The notes beneath the pieces are model-generated. The model saw only the letters and a list, made by a program, of their open reading frames with translations, did not search any database and was not told where the DNA came from. Shown in pieces: positions 36,800 to 49,056 of a DNA stretch of 64,000 nucleotides; the first letter of the stretch is position 1, and the number at the start of each line of letters is the position of its first letter. Location: contig OZ024740.1 in NCBI GenBank assembly GCA_964016885.1, positions 337,652,001-337,716,000 of the forward strand, written 5' to 3'. Source of the stretch: Eledone cirrhosa (taxonomy: Eukaryota). The translations under genes and the position numbers were made by a program.

Positions 36800-38700
36800 G
36801 AACCTATATATCAGATGGAAAGAAATGCTTAAATTGTGGTAAATTGAGCTAATTAAGAAAACTCTGCTAGTTAAAACCACTGTTTACTGTTCATAATATT
36901 AATTAAAAGGGTATAATTCTTAAAACAGTCTGATGAAGAGGAAGTAACTTTGAGTGTTAATTGTACAATAAATGATATTTCACATCTGGTTAATTACAAA
37001 TAGAATAGACACCCAATTAAATACAACTGGGTAGTGATGTAGCATTTTTCTTGTTTTGATGTTAATGAAGTTATTAACCATCAAACCTACTGAGAGATAT
37101 TTAACTTTTCAGGATGATTCAAATTAGAGGTATTTGGCACTACAAAAGCTTTGCTTGACTTTGGAGATAAAACACAGCATTTAAGCTCTGTTCTGGCTAA
37201 TATCTCTTAGAACTTGGGATTAATCAGGGCAAACATTCTAAAAGGTTCTAACACTATAATTTAAATATCAGGTAGAGATAAAAAATAAATTTGTTCTGCA
37301 TACTTGGTTTTAATACACCTTAAAAATTAGGTTGAGAATGAATTTTATAATCTTGAAGTAACAGAAATTACAACTGATATGCAAGAAGCACAGTGGTTTT
37401 TCCTCAACTTATTTAAAGAGTGCATACAAACAAATTTGTTTGAATGAAAACTCTAAGCAAACTTGATTGATTTCAGATGGTCCTCAAAAATAGCAGCTCT
37501 ATTTTCCAACAGTGTATTGAGTCTGTATTAAAAGGTATTAAAGGCACAATTAACTATCAGAACGACATACTCATTTTTACAGAAACTCAGAATAAGTTGA
37601 AAAATTGGAGAAGATTCACTATATTTTTATTTGAGATGCAACATGTAGTGACACCTTCTCCAATGGCAACCTGGTGCATCCAACAACAGATCCAAGTTTT
37701 GTTTCCTGACAAGCCAACGATCACAAACTGCATTGGATGCTTTTGGCATTCTTTATCCCCCCCCCCCTACACACTCTTATCAGGATGAGGTTAGCCACCC
37801 ACAGGAGTGAGTCCACAAGTTGGTATGGCTATTTCAACATATCTCCCATACCATCCCCTAGGGCAATGCTTTCTCCACTCTGTCTGCTGGGTCCACAAGT
37901 CAGTCATTGCCTAGGGTTCTGTATATTACAGACCATGCTCCACGCTAGCCAAACCCATATCATTGAGGTAGCAATGTTTGAGTGTACTTTTGGAATTACA
38001 CACCACACTATATAAAAATGAATATGCCACGGTAATTCCATGAGCCTGATTTAGTTATTGCTAGAGTGAAAAGAGCTAATGTATCAATTAATCCAAATAA
38101 ATGCATTATTCACACATTGTCCATAGATTTCCTAGGAATGACTATTTCAAAAAAATGGGATCAAAACAACGTAAAATTCACCAGATTCCTAAAATGAAAG
38201 ACGGAATTAGGGAGACATATTGGGGGGCTGATAAACTATTATTGTTGGTTAATACCAAAATTTGAAGACATAGTTGAGCTTCTTGTATTAAAAAAGCAAT
38301 GCACGAAGAATGCGTCAAGAACAGGCCCTTGAGAAGACAAGAGTTCTTAGACAACATCCTGTTTTGGCAACACCCTCTACAGAGTATGAAACATCTTTGT
38401 TGAACTGTTGATGCATCTGAATTTGCAGTAGCAGAAATAATATCTTGAAATGAAAATCTCATAGTATATGTTAATCATAGATTTGATAGTACTCAGAGAA
38501 ATTGGAACAATCGCAGTAGCAGGGTGTATTAAAAAATAGAGACATTTCCTATTTGGGGAGATTTTTCACACTGGAGACTAAAATCATAGGCCTTTGTAAA
38601 TCATTTTCTTGATATTTATGTTTCCAGGAACACTTCTCAGCAGATTGCCAAATGGGCTCGCATATTTTTACAATATTTCAAAACAATTCAATTTTTCTAC
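36800..38700 (+). pseudogene. Heavily decayed Ty3/gypsy pol, interrupted by a CRE fragment at about 37632-37900
   Basis: CLNCGK knuckle remnant; LKNSSSIFQQCIESVLKGIKGTINYQNDILIF (RT); INPNKC..IDFLG; TVDASEFAV (RNase H). Boundaries approximate. Confidence 0.6.
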
Positions 38701-41054
38701 AATATCAGTCATTTTGATGTTCTTAGTAAACTGGTATAGATAAGTTGGATACATCATTCTTTACAAGTGCCTTATATATAATGATACATTTATTTTTGCA
38801 GATGTTCAGACAGTTGAAGACATTAAAGATTTTAACACATTCACATTCTATGTTAACAATGCAATAAAATATTTTTCAGATTTGGTCTTCGAATGACACT
38901 GACATCAAACAACTGACTAGGGCTTGTTTAATAAAAAGACCAGTTAAACTGATTCAGTTGCATAAAACCTGAGATATTTACCTTCCAAAATCTAATGGTT
39001 CAGCTGAAAAATCTGTATAACAATCAAGTCTACATTAAATGGTTACAGTCCATCAATTGTGAAGTTTGATGAGAATCTGTGAAAAGTTCTTTTTAGACAT
39101 GTAAGTGCATCTTGAGCTTACAAGTTATCCTCGATTGAGAAATTACTTGGCAGACAATTAAGTGTAGTAGTAAACCCTTTTTTATGAGGTTGGACAAATG
39201 GTTCATTACAAGAAGAATACAATGAATTTTCCCACAAATGCATATCATGTAATGTATGCTGACAGAAATACAGTCTGGATTAAATGTGAAAATGATAATA
39301 AAGCTCAGTTAATGTTAAGTGAAAAAATATCTCTTAAATTTTCTCCTTCTAGCACATCTGCTAATTACTATCTGAGTCTTGATTCAATAGAATAAATTAG
39401 TAACCTGTATGAAGCAAATAATGTTATCAATAGGTCAACATCAACAACTTCTCCATGTCCCATAAAGCCACTCTTTGATACTGTGATCTCCGGTAATAAC
39501 AATTTTAATAAGTCAAATTCACCAATTTCTCCAGCTATGGCTGTTGCTGCTGCTAATATTAAATCTCCAACATCTCCCATATTGCTAAACACTACTAAAT
39601 CATGCAAAATCCTCACAGGAGCTAGAGAATCGCAAAGGGAATTCAACAGCCACAAAGATATAATGGCAAACACGATTTATCTTTTGTGGTTGGAGTAATG
39701 TTATAATTATGATATTCTTAATAATTGCTTATTTTGTTCTCTATTCTATCAGTACACATGAACAGTAAACTATGGGCATGAATAAAACATGGTTATTGTT
39801 TCTTTCTTAGAACAATTCTCATGTGCCAAATGAATAACGTTGGAAAACCATGATACACTGTTATAACAAATGTTTGAGGATTCAAACTTACCCCTGATAA
39901 TAGATTATTTACTCTATACCCTGTAGTTTACATAGCTAAATAAATAACTTATTTTGTAGATTTTTTTAATTATTTGAACCTCAACTCTCTACACTCTCAA
40001 ATTATTCTCCATCTCTTTACTCTGTTAACCTGTAATCCTGCTACATATCTTGTACACCCATAGTTTAAATTGGGTGTACTTTATGGAATTTCTACTTACT
40101 CCTTTTCTGCAAATTGAACATTGTAATTTACCTGATGTCAGCGCAATCCTGTCTTAAGTTCTACTTACTAAGACTTTTGTTTTTCTTAAGTTTACTTTGA
40201 GGTCTTTATGGTCTAGGTTTTATTTCTGTCTGGAATTTGTTTTCAAATTCTTCCACAGATCTGGAGAGAAGTACTAAGGCATTAGCATGTATATCTCATG
40301 GACAGTCATAAACTACACTGTATATAGCCTAAACAACTAAGCCTTGATGAACATCAACCTGTATATAAATAGTTGTTAGATCATTAAATATTTGTTGCAG
40401 CTCTCTGTATCGTGAGGCCAAATACTTCTGCTGTTCACTTTGCCTGCCATCTCTTTGGGGTTGATAAAGGAAGTACCTGCTCAGATCTGATGTAGCTCTT
40501 TTTTCCAGGTCTCACATTCTTGATATTTTGTTGGATCAAGAGAGGGAGATTCAAGAGGGTATCTGTGTCTATTTTTGAGAGCATGGGCACCTAAAACCTT
40601 TAGCGAAAGCATGATACACACTATCAAGCCATACTCAATAGAAAGTGACTGCTGTGATTGCACACACACACACACATTATAATTTTAGCTCTGACGTAGC
40701 TGTATATATACAAATATGTGAATTTCGTCCTTCTAATGTTATATGGTATGTTTAATAAATAAAGATTTGTAAAGCTATGAATATTGAAAGACTGATGGCG
40801 AATGCCATCTAGAAGATTTCAGCAGTAGCAGTGGGGGACAACTGTCTATGTATATTTCAAGCTCTGGCCATCATCAAGACAGTGCTCCCCTTGCTCTCTG
40901 CTTGGACTTGAAACAAGTGAAAATATATAATTTGTTTGCCTTTGTAGACAAGCTGATTAGCCTCATTTTCATATGGAGCCATGTAAGCTGGCTCAGCTTG
41001 AAAGTAGAATTAAAATTTTAGCTCTGACCTAGCTGTATATGTACAAGTATGTGA

Positions 41055-42084
41055 TTCATGCTGAATCTCGGCAACAGTATTAAAACGGTGACCTTTGAGC
41101 TTCACTTTCATCTTCAGGAAAAGGAAGAAGTCTGCAGGAGCTAAATCTGGTGAGTAGGGTGGGTGCAGAAGCGATGGGATGTTGTGCTTAGAAAGAAACT
41201 CACGAATGATGAGTGCTTGGTGACAGGGTGCAATGTCATCGTGGAGAATCCAGTTCTTCGCATGCCACAGGTCTGGTTGCTTTCACCGAATGTTTTCACT
41301 CAAACACCTCAGTAAAACTCTTTTTTGATGGTCTGACTCTGGGGGACAAATTCTCAATGAACATTGCTGTGGATGTCGAAAAAAATGATGAGCATGCTTT
41401 TGTTTGAACTGCGGCTTGGTCTCACCTTCGTCAGTTGTGGAGATGATGGTTCACTGACTGCACTCTTTCTTGAGTTCTTGGCAAATTTTGACATGAGTTT
41501 CTTTCTAGTCCTGTGTCAGCAGGCAGGGGACAAACTGGGCAGTGACACACCACATATTCAATTCAGACATTAGGATTGCCTGCACTGATCCATACAATAC
41601 ACCAACAAGGTTAGCAAAGATGATGATCGTCCTCCAACAATCCTCATGCACAAGTTGGCTAATTCTTTCAACATTTCTGGGATTGATGCTTAACGAAGGT
41701 CTTCCAGATTGTTCATCAACTTCCAGGGACTTTCCTCTGCTTTGGAAGAGCCCGTGCCACCCAACACATTGCAAACAACCCATTGCCTCATGGTCATAAG
41801 CTTGCTGAAGCATGTTAAATGTCTCTCTGGCCAATTTTCAAGTTTAATGCAAAATTTCACGTTGGCTCTTTGTTCCAACTTGATGTCCATGATGTAATCA
41901 CATACTTGTACATAGTCATGATAAAAAATCCCCACCAATTTAACAACTCACAATGTAAACACAACGATGTTGCTTTGTACACTGTCTTATGACAGTTACA
42001 GCCAACTATTTGTGCATGAGCAATCCTGTGCTGCCATCTGTTGCTGCACTAGAGAGCTAGTCTTTAAAATTTTGGTACCACCTC

Positions 42085-42089
<5 letters not shown>
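41055..42089 (-). mobile_element. Decayed mariner transposon
   Basis: EQRANVKFC, SGRPS, AQFVPCLLT (WVP-like), HPPYSPDLAPADFFLF; frameshifts present; ends at (TA)n. Confidence 0.88.
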
Positions 42090-42125
<36 letters not shown>

Positions 42126-42129
42126 TATA

Positions 42130-42350
42130 GTGGTAGAACATTGGAAGGTAATATTCGTAGTGGTAGAGCACTCAGTCCATGGGACGAGTTAGGTAGAAGT
42201 GGTTACACAACAGTTAGTTCACCATACCGAGAACAATTGTTTCACCTTAGCGGATCCTCAGCTCGTAATGGTCCATTACGAGCTGAGGATCCGCTAAGGT
42301 GAAACAATTGTTCTCGGTATGGTGAACTAACTGTTGTGTAACCACTTCTA
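42130..42350. mobile_element. Non-coding fold-back mini-element with back-to-back hammerheads in (TA)n
   Basis: Perfect 78-bp inverted arms 42194-42271 / 42273-42350 around a 1-nt centre. Each arm reads GAG CTGAGGA TCCGCTAAGGT GAAAC AATT GTT CTC outward. Confidence 0.85.
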
Positions 42351-43040
42351 TATAAATATATATATATATATATTGTAAAGTGGTAATGTTAACCCATCTA
42401 GTCTATAACCCATGCCAGCATGGACAGTGGTAATAAAATGATGATGATTATAGTCATGATATCTCTGCATTAACAGGAATACAGTGGCATCTGGAAAATC
42501 CCGGGGATCTCTACTGACCATTGAGACTGTAACTGGACATCTCAAAGTTTATATCTCTGTACACTACTCTAAAGTTACTCATGTGTTGAAGCAAACATCA
42601 AAAGCGAATGTGTGAGTATGAATAAGTATTAGTGTACATGTGTATATGTGTGCATGTGTGTGAGTGTGTGTTTTTAAATGTCTAATATAAATTAAACAGT
42701 AAAATTAGCAGTGATCTGCATGGGTGGTTCATTGGTTCTGGTCGCTGATGCCAATAACAGTTGTAGCTTGGCAAAATTAAACTGATTCATAATTAGATAT
42801 GACACGAGTTACAAAATTAGTTAGAAAATTAGTTTTAGCTTTTACAATTTGATATCAGATAACAAATATTGACTATATTCTATTATTAAAACTATAATGT
42901 CATTGGAGAGTGTGCTGTTTGTTATTAGATTCATCTGTTTCATATTCTTGGAAATAACATCTGTTAATTCCCATCTAAGACCTCCATTTAACCATATTTA
43001 GACCTTGCAGGACACTAGCAGATTTGCTCATTTAGGTGGC

Positions 43041-43225
43041 TTAACTCATTAGCATTTAAACCAGCCATAACCTGTTGCTCATACATATGTTAAGGTATTG
43101 TTCTCAAAATAAACAATATCAAAATCTCATAGATTCGATATTATGTGAGATAATTAAATGAAATAAAGTGTTTACTGTGAAAATACAACAGTAAATATAG
43201 AGTAATGTGAATACTAAAGTGTTAA
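43041..43225. mobile_element. piggyBac-type MITE, second copy
   Basis: TTAA at both ends; internal homology to 16046-16260. Confidence 0.6.
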
Positions 43226-43394
43226 TTAGAAGAGGAAGGGAAGTGCAACTGACCCCGTATAGGGCTTTCAAGACTGGTAGGAAAAAGGAAGTTATCCTTA
43301 TACCAAATATGTGGCCTGAATGCTTGTAACAGAGTAGATTCTGCTGAAGAATTTCAAGAGCCAGGTGGTGGTGTAAACTAAGCTGTGAAATATG

Positions 43395-44020
43395 TCTACA
43401 ATACAAGAACAGTAATGGGCCTGTGATGGGCATCCACATATTTTCTGTCTACCAAATTCTACAATACAAGAACAGTAATGGGCCTGTGATGGGCATCCAC
43501 ATATTTTCTGTCTACCAAATTCTACAATACAAGAACAGTAATGGGCCTGTGATGGGCATCCACATATTTTCTGTCTACCAAATTCTACAATACAAGAACA
43601 GTAATGGGCCTGTGATGGGCATCCACATATTTTCTGTCTACCAAATTCTACAATACAAGAACAGTAATGGGCCTGTGATGGGCATCCACATATTTTCTGT
43701 CTACCAAATTCTACAATACAAGAACAGTAATGGGCCTGTGATGGGCATCCACATATTTTCTGTCTACCAAATTCTACAATACAAGAACAGTAATGGGCTT
43801 GTGATGGGCATCCACATATTTTCTGTCTACCAAATTCTACAATACAAGAACAGTAATGGGCCTGTGATGGGCATCCACACATTTTCTGTCTACCAAATTC
43901 TACAATACAAGAACAGAAATGGGCCTGTGATGGGCATCCACACATTTTCTGTCTACCAAATTCTACAATACAAGAACAGTAATGGGCCTGTGATGGGCAT
44001 CCACACATTTTCCGTCTACC
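43395..44020. repeat. 63-bp minisatellite, about 10 near-identical copies
   Basis: Unit TCTACAATACAAGAACAGTAATGGGCCTGTGATGGGCATCCACATATTTTCTGTCTACCAAAT. Confidence 0.97.
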
Positions 44021-45125
44021 GTCTATCTATCACATTTTAGTGCTACTGCTAATTAATCCTAGCACCACTTACTGTGCTTTAGTTATCTCAAGGTTATCGT
44101 AGCAAACACTTGCCCAAGATGGAAACAAGTTTGAAACCATCTGAAATGAATTTCTTAAATACACAGCCATATCTGTGCTTCTATTTAATGTGTCATTGTC
44201 TCAGCCACTATATAATATTAGACATATCATCTACAACATTTTCTAAACTGTATTTTAAATGTGAAACTCCCTCTTCAAATCTAAAACATACTTCATCACT
44301 GATCAGTTGTTTATCCCAAATGTTAGATATCACAATCTCTGATGGTCTTTCAGGGAAAACTTCAATTGACACAGTCATTAGAGCATAGAACTAAATGTCT
44401 TGCAAGTCCCTACTCTGTTCAAAACCCTTTGAGGTAAATTTTGCCTTTCATCCATTCAGAGTTGACAGAAATAAGTACAAGTGGAGAGCAGTGGATTGGT
44501 GAAATTGTTAGACGACCAGACGAAGTGCTTTGCATTATTTATTTCAGCTCTTCCTGTTCTGAGTTCAAAGCTACTTGGATAGTAGACTTAATCTGTCATT
44601 CAGTTTCATGACGTCTGTCTTCCTTCTTCTTCCCAGTTTTAAGGGACCTGTAAAGGGTCATGTTTGCTGCCATTCACCCTCTTACTAAACAGTAAAGAAG
44701 AAACCTCCATTCTTAAAACACACAACATTTTAGTGCTACTGTTAATTAATCCTAGGCAGTCAAGCTTGCACTGAGCATCTCCAGCAAATGTTCTATATGA
44801 AAATGGTATATAAGCTATAGTTTATTCTTGTCTCATTACCAAGTGAGTAAACATCACTAATGATGCATAAAAATCTTGAAACACTAGTATCTGACATTCT
44901 CACATGGCCACTGAGACAGCTGTGACAGTCACAGCTTAAAACACTCATAGAAAGACATGTATGTTTATTACATATAAACATATATATGCCTTCATATATA
45001 TCTCTATTATGAATTATAGTGTGTTAATGATGTTGCCAGTCTTTTTATACATATATATATATATATATATAGTTAAAGAATGAAGAGTAACATGGTTGGC
45101 TGTACAATAAGGGGCTTTATTTAAA

Positions 45126-45231
45126 GTACTGACAATTGTTTCGTTGATCAGGTGAGTCTAGAGTTGCTCACTAAAGTTGCGTCACTCGATCTCCAATACA
45201 TTATTTACCTCTGGTCAACACATCAGAGTAC
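45126..45231 (-). ncRNA. Hammerhead-like motif with a large stem II extension (A9 position is U), in a TA-flanked fragment
   Basis: GTACT CTGATGT GTTGACCAG...CTGATCAAC GAAAC AATT GTC AGTAC. Confidence 0.65.
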
Positions 45232-45678
45232 GTATATATATATATATATATAATATATATATATTTATATATATATATCATCATCATCATCATCATCATC
45301 AACGTTTAACATCCGTGTTCCACGCTTGCATGGGTTTGGACGGGGGTAGTCCCACTTGAGGCAAGAGTGATTGTCTTGCTCGCATAGGACTGTCTGGCAG
45401 GTTTTCTACAGTTGGATGCCCTTCCTAACACCAACCACATTTACAGTGTGGGTCTGGGAGGTTTTTACCGTGTTGCCTACACGGCCACATTACAGCGTGG
45501 ACTGTGTGTTTTTTTGTCGTGACACCTACACGATCTCATTTGTTTCGGCCTCGATGGCGCGGCACCAACATAACTTTACATAGAACGGGGTGGTGTGGAT
45601 GGGGTGGGGGTGGGGGTGGTGGGACGGGGTGTATTTTGTTAGAGATGCCTACTGGCTGGAGTAGGTTTTACTATATAT

Positions 45679-48600
45679 TTAGGTAAGGCGGGTCTTCTCT
45701 GTTACTGAGTACCGCCAAAGGTCTCGGTCCAGTGACATTGTCTTGGAGAGGTGTAAGTGTGTGATGTCGGAGTTTATCAGCTCGTCCCAGGTTTTTCTAG
45801 GTCTGCCTATTCCGTGACTACCGTCTATCTTTATTGCCCTGCACTTTGTTATACAGCTATCGACTTTCATGCGCATCACGTGTCCATACCAACGTAGCCT
45901 TCTCTCGAGTAAACAACATCTGATCCCTCTTATCTCTAATTTTTTCCTTAGTTCGTTTATGCTTTGCCGTTCACGTATATTACTGTTACACATCCAGCGG
46001 AGCATGCAAGCTTCGTTCCTCTCTAGTCTGCGTATATCCTCTGCACACAATGCCCAGGTCTCACTGCCATGCAGCATTGCTGTTCGTATGCAGGCATCGT
46101 ACAACCTGCCTTTCATTTTTAGTGAGAACCCTTTAGCAGCTAATAGTGGTATAAGCTCTCTGAACTTTTTCCAACCAGTTCTGACTCTAGCTACAGTACT
46201 TTCAGAGCACCCTCCCCCACTGCTGATTTTATCGCCCAGGTAACGGAAGCTGTCCACTATTTCTATAGAACCCTCTGCGCAATTGAAAGAGCTAGTAGTT
46301 TGTGGGCACTTGCTGCTACTTATTGCACCAGAGCACCGGCCACATGTAAAATCTATGTTCTTAGTTAGCTTACCTGTGATCCCACTACATCTTTTATGCA
46401 CCCATACTTTGCATTTAGGACATAAAATGGAGTTTCTACCTACGCCTTTCCTACACACCGAGCACGACCATTTCCCAGAAGGGACCGCCGCCTTGTTTTC
46501 TTTCCTACAAACTAGTACTTTGGTCTTAGCCAGGTTAATTTTAAGTCCTTTTGACTCTAGGCCGTGCTTCCATGTTTGGAATTTCTTCTCTAGCTCGGCC
46601 ATTGATTCCGCTATGAGTGTCAGGTCGTCTGCGTATAGGAGTTCCCATGGGCAGCCTGTCTTGAACTCCTCTGTTATAGCCTGAAGGGCAATAATAAATA
46701 GTAGTGGGCTGAGAACAGAGCCCTGATGGACGCCAACTTTTACGCTAAACTCTTCACTATATTCGTTGTTAATTCTAACCTTGCTGACTGTTTCTTTATA
46801 CATGGCTTGTATAGCCCTCACAAGCCATTCGTCAACGCCTAGTTTTCTAAGAGCCCACCAGATAATGGAGCGGGGGACTCTGTCGAAGGCTTTCTCCAAG
46901 TCGACAAAAGCTAAGTAGAGGGGTTTACCTTTAGCTAGGTACTTCTCCTGTAGTTGTCGTACTATGAAAAGAGCGTCTGTGGTACTTTTGCCTGACACAA
47001 ACCCGAACTGCATTTCATCTAGGTCAATTCTCTCTCTGATTAGTTGCGCTATTACTTTTTCCGTGACCTTCATGACCTGGTCGATTAATTTAATGCCTCT
47101 ATAGTTACTCCTATCTAGGGCGTCTCCTTTACCCTTATAACAGTTAACGATGATGCTGCTATGCCAGTCCTTCGGAACAACCCCATTCTGTACGACTTGG
47201 TTAACTATGCGGGTGACCATGGTGTGTCCCACCGTGCCAGATGCCTTCAGCATCTCAGCAACTATTTCCGAAGGCCCAGCCGCCTTACCCGTCTTCATAT
47301 CCTTGATTGCCTTACTTATTATACTCCCCTCGACTAACACTGCTGGTCCCTCTATTGGGTCGATATGGGGGAGACTGCCTTTCTCCCAATTATTCTCCTC
47401 ATTTAGTAGCCTTTCATAGTGACACTTCCAAGCTACCTTCTTATCAGCGTCGGTGATGGCAAGTGTGCCATCATCGTTTAGTACACACTTCTCCCCGACA
47501 ATATCACGGTTTTCCTTGACGCATTGCCTAGCAATCCTGAACACCTCACGTTTTTGGTCATCGCGTTGTAGAACATGCTTGAACTTTCTTTCCTCAGCTT
47601 CCCTTCTTGCTAAGTACACTTGTCTCCTAGCTTCCCTCCTGGCCACTTGATAGTCCTCTCTACTTCCCCCATCCCGCCATACTTTCCAAGCCTGCTTTTT
47701 GGCCTTAATTGACCCCTCCACCTTACTGTTCCACCACCATGTTACTCTCCTCCTGCCTACAGGCCTGCTCCAGCCACAGACTTCGTCTGTCGCCAACAGC
47801 AGGTTTGCTTTCAGAAATTCCCACTCTCCCTCTATATTGTCTGACTCTAAATGTTCTTCCTTACTGTCGAAAGCATCAAGTAATATGCTTTGAAATTTAT
47901 TCCTGGCTGTGGGGTCCTTTAGCTTCCATATTTTCCTCCTGAGGATAGTCCTCTTCTGATGTCGAGTACGTCTCGTCCTGACTATGAGGTCGCTAATTAT
48001 CAGTCTATGTTGGGAGGTGCATTCTTCATGGGGGAGGGATTTAGTGTTTACAACAGACACTCTGTCACGTCTTCTGGTAAGGATATAATCTACCTGGCTT
48101 GTGTGTTCCCCGGATCTATAGGTGATCAGGTGATTGTCACGTTTTTTGAAGTTAGTGTTACAGATAGTTAGGTTATTTGCATCACAGAATTCCAGGATTC
48201 TGGAGCCTTCCTCATTTCTAGTACCAAACCCATAGCCTCCATGGATTTCGTCGTAGCCGTCACAATGTTGTCCAACGTGACCATTTAGGTCGCCTGCGAT
48301 AATTATATAGTCACTGTCGGATATTTGGGAGGTAGTTAGCATCAGTGTCTCATAGAATCTGTCTTTTATAGTGCCGGGCAGTCCGGATTGGGGTGCGTAC
48401 GCAGATATTACTGTCACCGTAGTTCTATTGAGGACAAGTCGTATTTTAATTATTCTGTCGTTCACTCTATTTACGTCTATTATCTTATCTGCCCACTTTT
48501 CTGCTACCATGATTCCTACTCCACCCAGCCCATCGTCGTTTCCCACCCAGAAAAGCTTATAACATCGTTTTTTACCCTCAATGAACCTAGCAGACCCACC

Positions 48601-48849
48601 CCTCCACCTGGTCTCTTGAATACAACAAACATCGACCTCCTTACGTTCAAGCATTTCTACAACCTCGTTAGCGCGACACTTTAGGGTGCCTACATTTATG
48701 GTACCAACTCTGAAGTTTTGGATTGCGTTTGGGGGTTGGGGGCGGTGGGGGGCGGGGGGCGATGGGGTTATGTTAGCCGTCCGCGGTCGAAACAATGAGG
48801 AGTGCTCGCATTCTCGTCCAAGAGGTGAATTTGTCTTTATCTTTGGCAT
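45679..48849 (-). CDS. Intact RTE LINE ORF (APE endonuclease + RT with internal PHD-like finger), 1056 aa
   Basis: APE motifs (INVGTL, IQETRW, YAPQ, GDLNGHVG, SQVDY), RT motifs (FVDLEKAFD, GVHQGSVLSP, YADD), RTE C-terminus. Confidence 0.95.
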   Translation of the reverse strand: MPKIKTNSPLGRECEHSSLFRPRTANITPSPPAPHRPQPPNAIQNFRVGTINVGTLKCRANEVVEMLERKEVDVCCIQETRWRGGSARFIEGKKRCYKLFWVGNDDGLGGVGIMVAEKWADKIIDVNRVNDRIIKIRLVLNRTTVTVISAYAPQSGLPGTIKDRFYETLMLTTSQISDSDYIIIAGDLNGHVGQHCDGYDEIHGGYGFGTRNEEGSRILEFCDANNLTICNTNFKKRDNHLITYRSGEHTSQVDYILTRRRDRVSVVNTKSLPHEECTSQHRLIISDLIVRTRRTRHQKRTILRRKIWKLKDPTARNKFQSILLDAFDSKEEHLESDNIEGEWEFLKANLLLATDEVCGWSRPVGRRRVTWWWNSKVEGSIKAKKQAWKVWRDGGSREDYQVARREARRQVYLARREAEERKFKHVLQRDDQKREVFRIARQCVKENRDIVGEKCVLNDDGTLAITDADKKVAWKCHYERLLNEENNWEKGSLPHIDPIEGPAVLVEGSIISKAIKDMKTGKAAGPSEIVAEMLKASGTVGHTMVTRIVNQVVQNGVVPKDWHSSIIVNCYKGKGDALDRSNYRGIKLIDQVMKVTEKVIAQLIRERIDLDEMQFGFVSGKSTTDALFIVRQLQEKYLAKGKPLYLAFVDLEKAFDRVPRSIIWWALRKLGVDEWLVRAIQAMYKETVSKVRINNEYSEEFSVKVGVHQGSVLSPLLFIIALQAITEEFKTGCPWELLYADDLTLIAESMAELEKKFQTWKHGLESKGLKINLAKTKVLVCRKENKAAVPSGKWSCSVCRKGVGRNSILCPKCKVWVHKRCSGITGKLTKNIDFTCGRCSGAISSSKCPQTTSSFNCAEGSIEIVDSFRYLGDKISSGGGCSESTVARVRTGWKKFRELIPLLAAKGFSLKMKGRLYDACIRTAMLHGSETWALCAEDIRRLERNEACMLRWMCNSNIRERQSINELRKKLEIRGIRCCLLERRLRWYGHVMRMKVDSCITKCRAIKIDGSHGIGRPRKTWDELINSDITHLHLSKTMSLDRDLWRYSVTEKTRLT

Positions 48850-48954
48850 TGTCGCTGAGCGTCCAGATTTTTCTCTCTCTCACCTCCACTCTCCAGGATT
48901 CCGCAGTCCATCCATCCATCATATATCGAAAGGCAACCAGGCAAGCGATAGTAT

Positions 48955-49056
48955 AGGCCTCTGGTTTCTGATTGGTCCGCGTAATAATACTGGTGATGCG
49001 TGGGGGCTCTGTTTTATGATTGGTCCACGTAATAGCCATGGTGGTGCGTGGGGGTG
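48955..49056 (-). promoter_or_regulatory. Duplicated CCAAT-box module in the RTE 5' region
   Basis: Two about 48-bp repeats CCCCCACGCA..TATTACGYGGACCAATCA about 120-170 nt upstream of the ATG. Confidence 0.45.

Noticed and set aside
40477-40590. Extra 114-nt phase-0 exon of the host gene (VPMLSK...RSEQ)
   Set aside because: The donor lies in a SINE-derived motif, the acceptor is weak, and the flanking exons join well without it.
43395-44020. CRISPR array
   Set aside because: Units are contiguous and near-identical with no unique spacers, no cas genes, and the context is eukaryotic.
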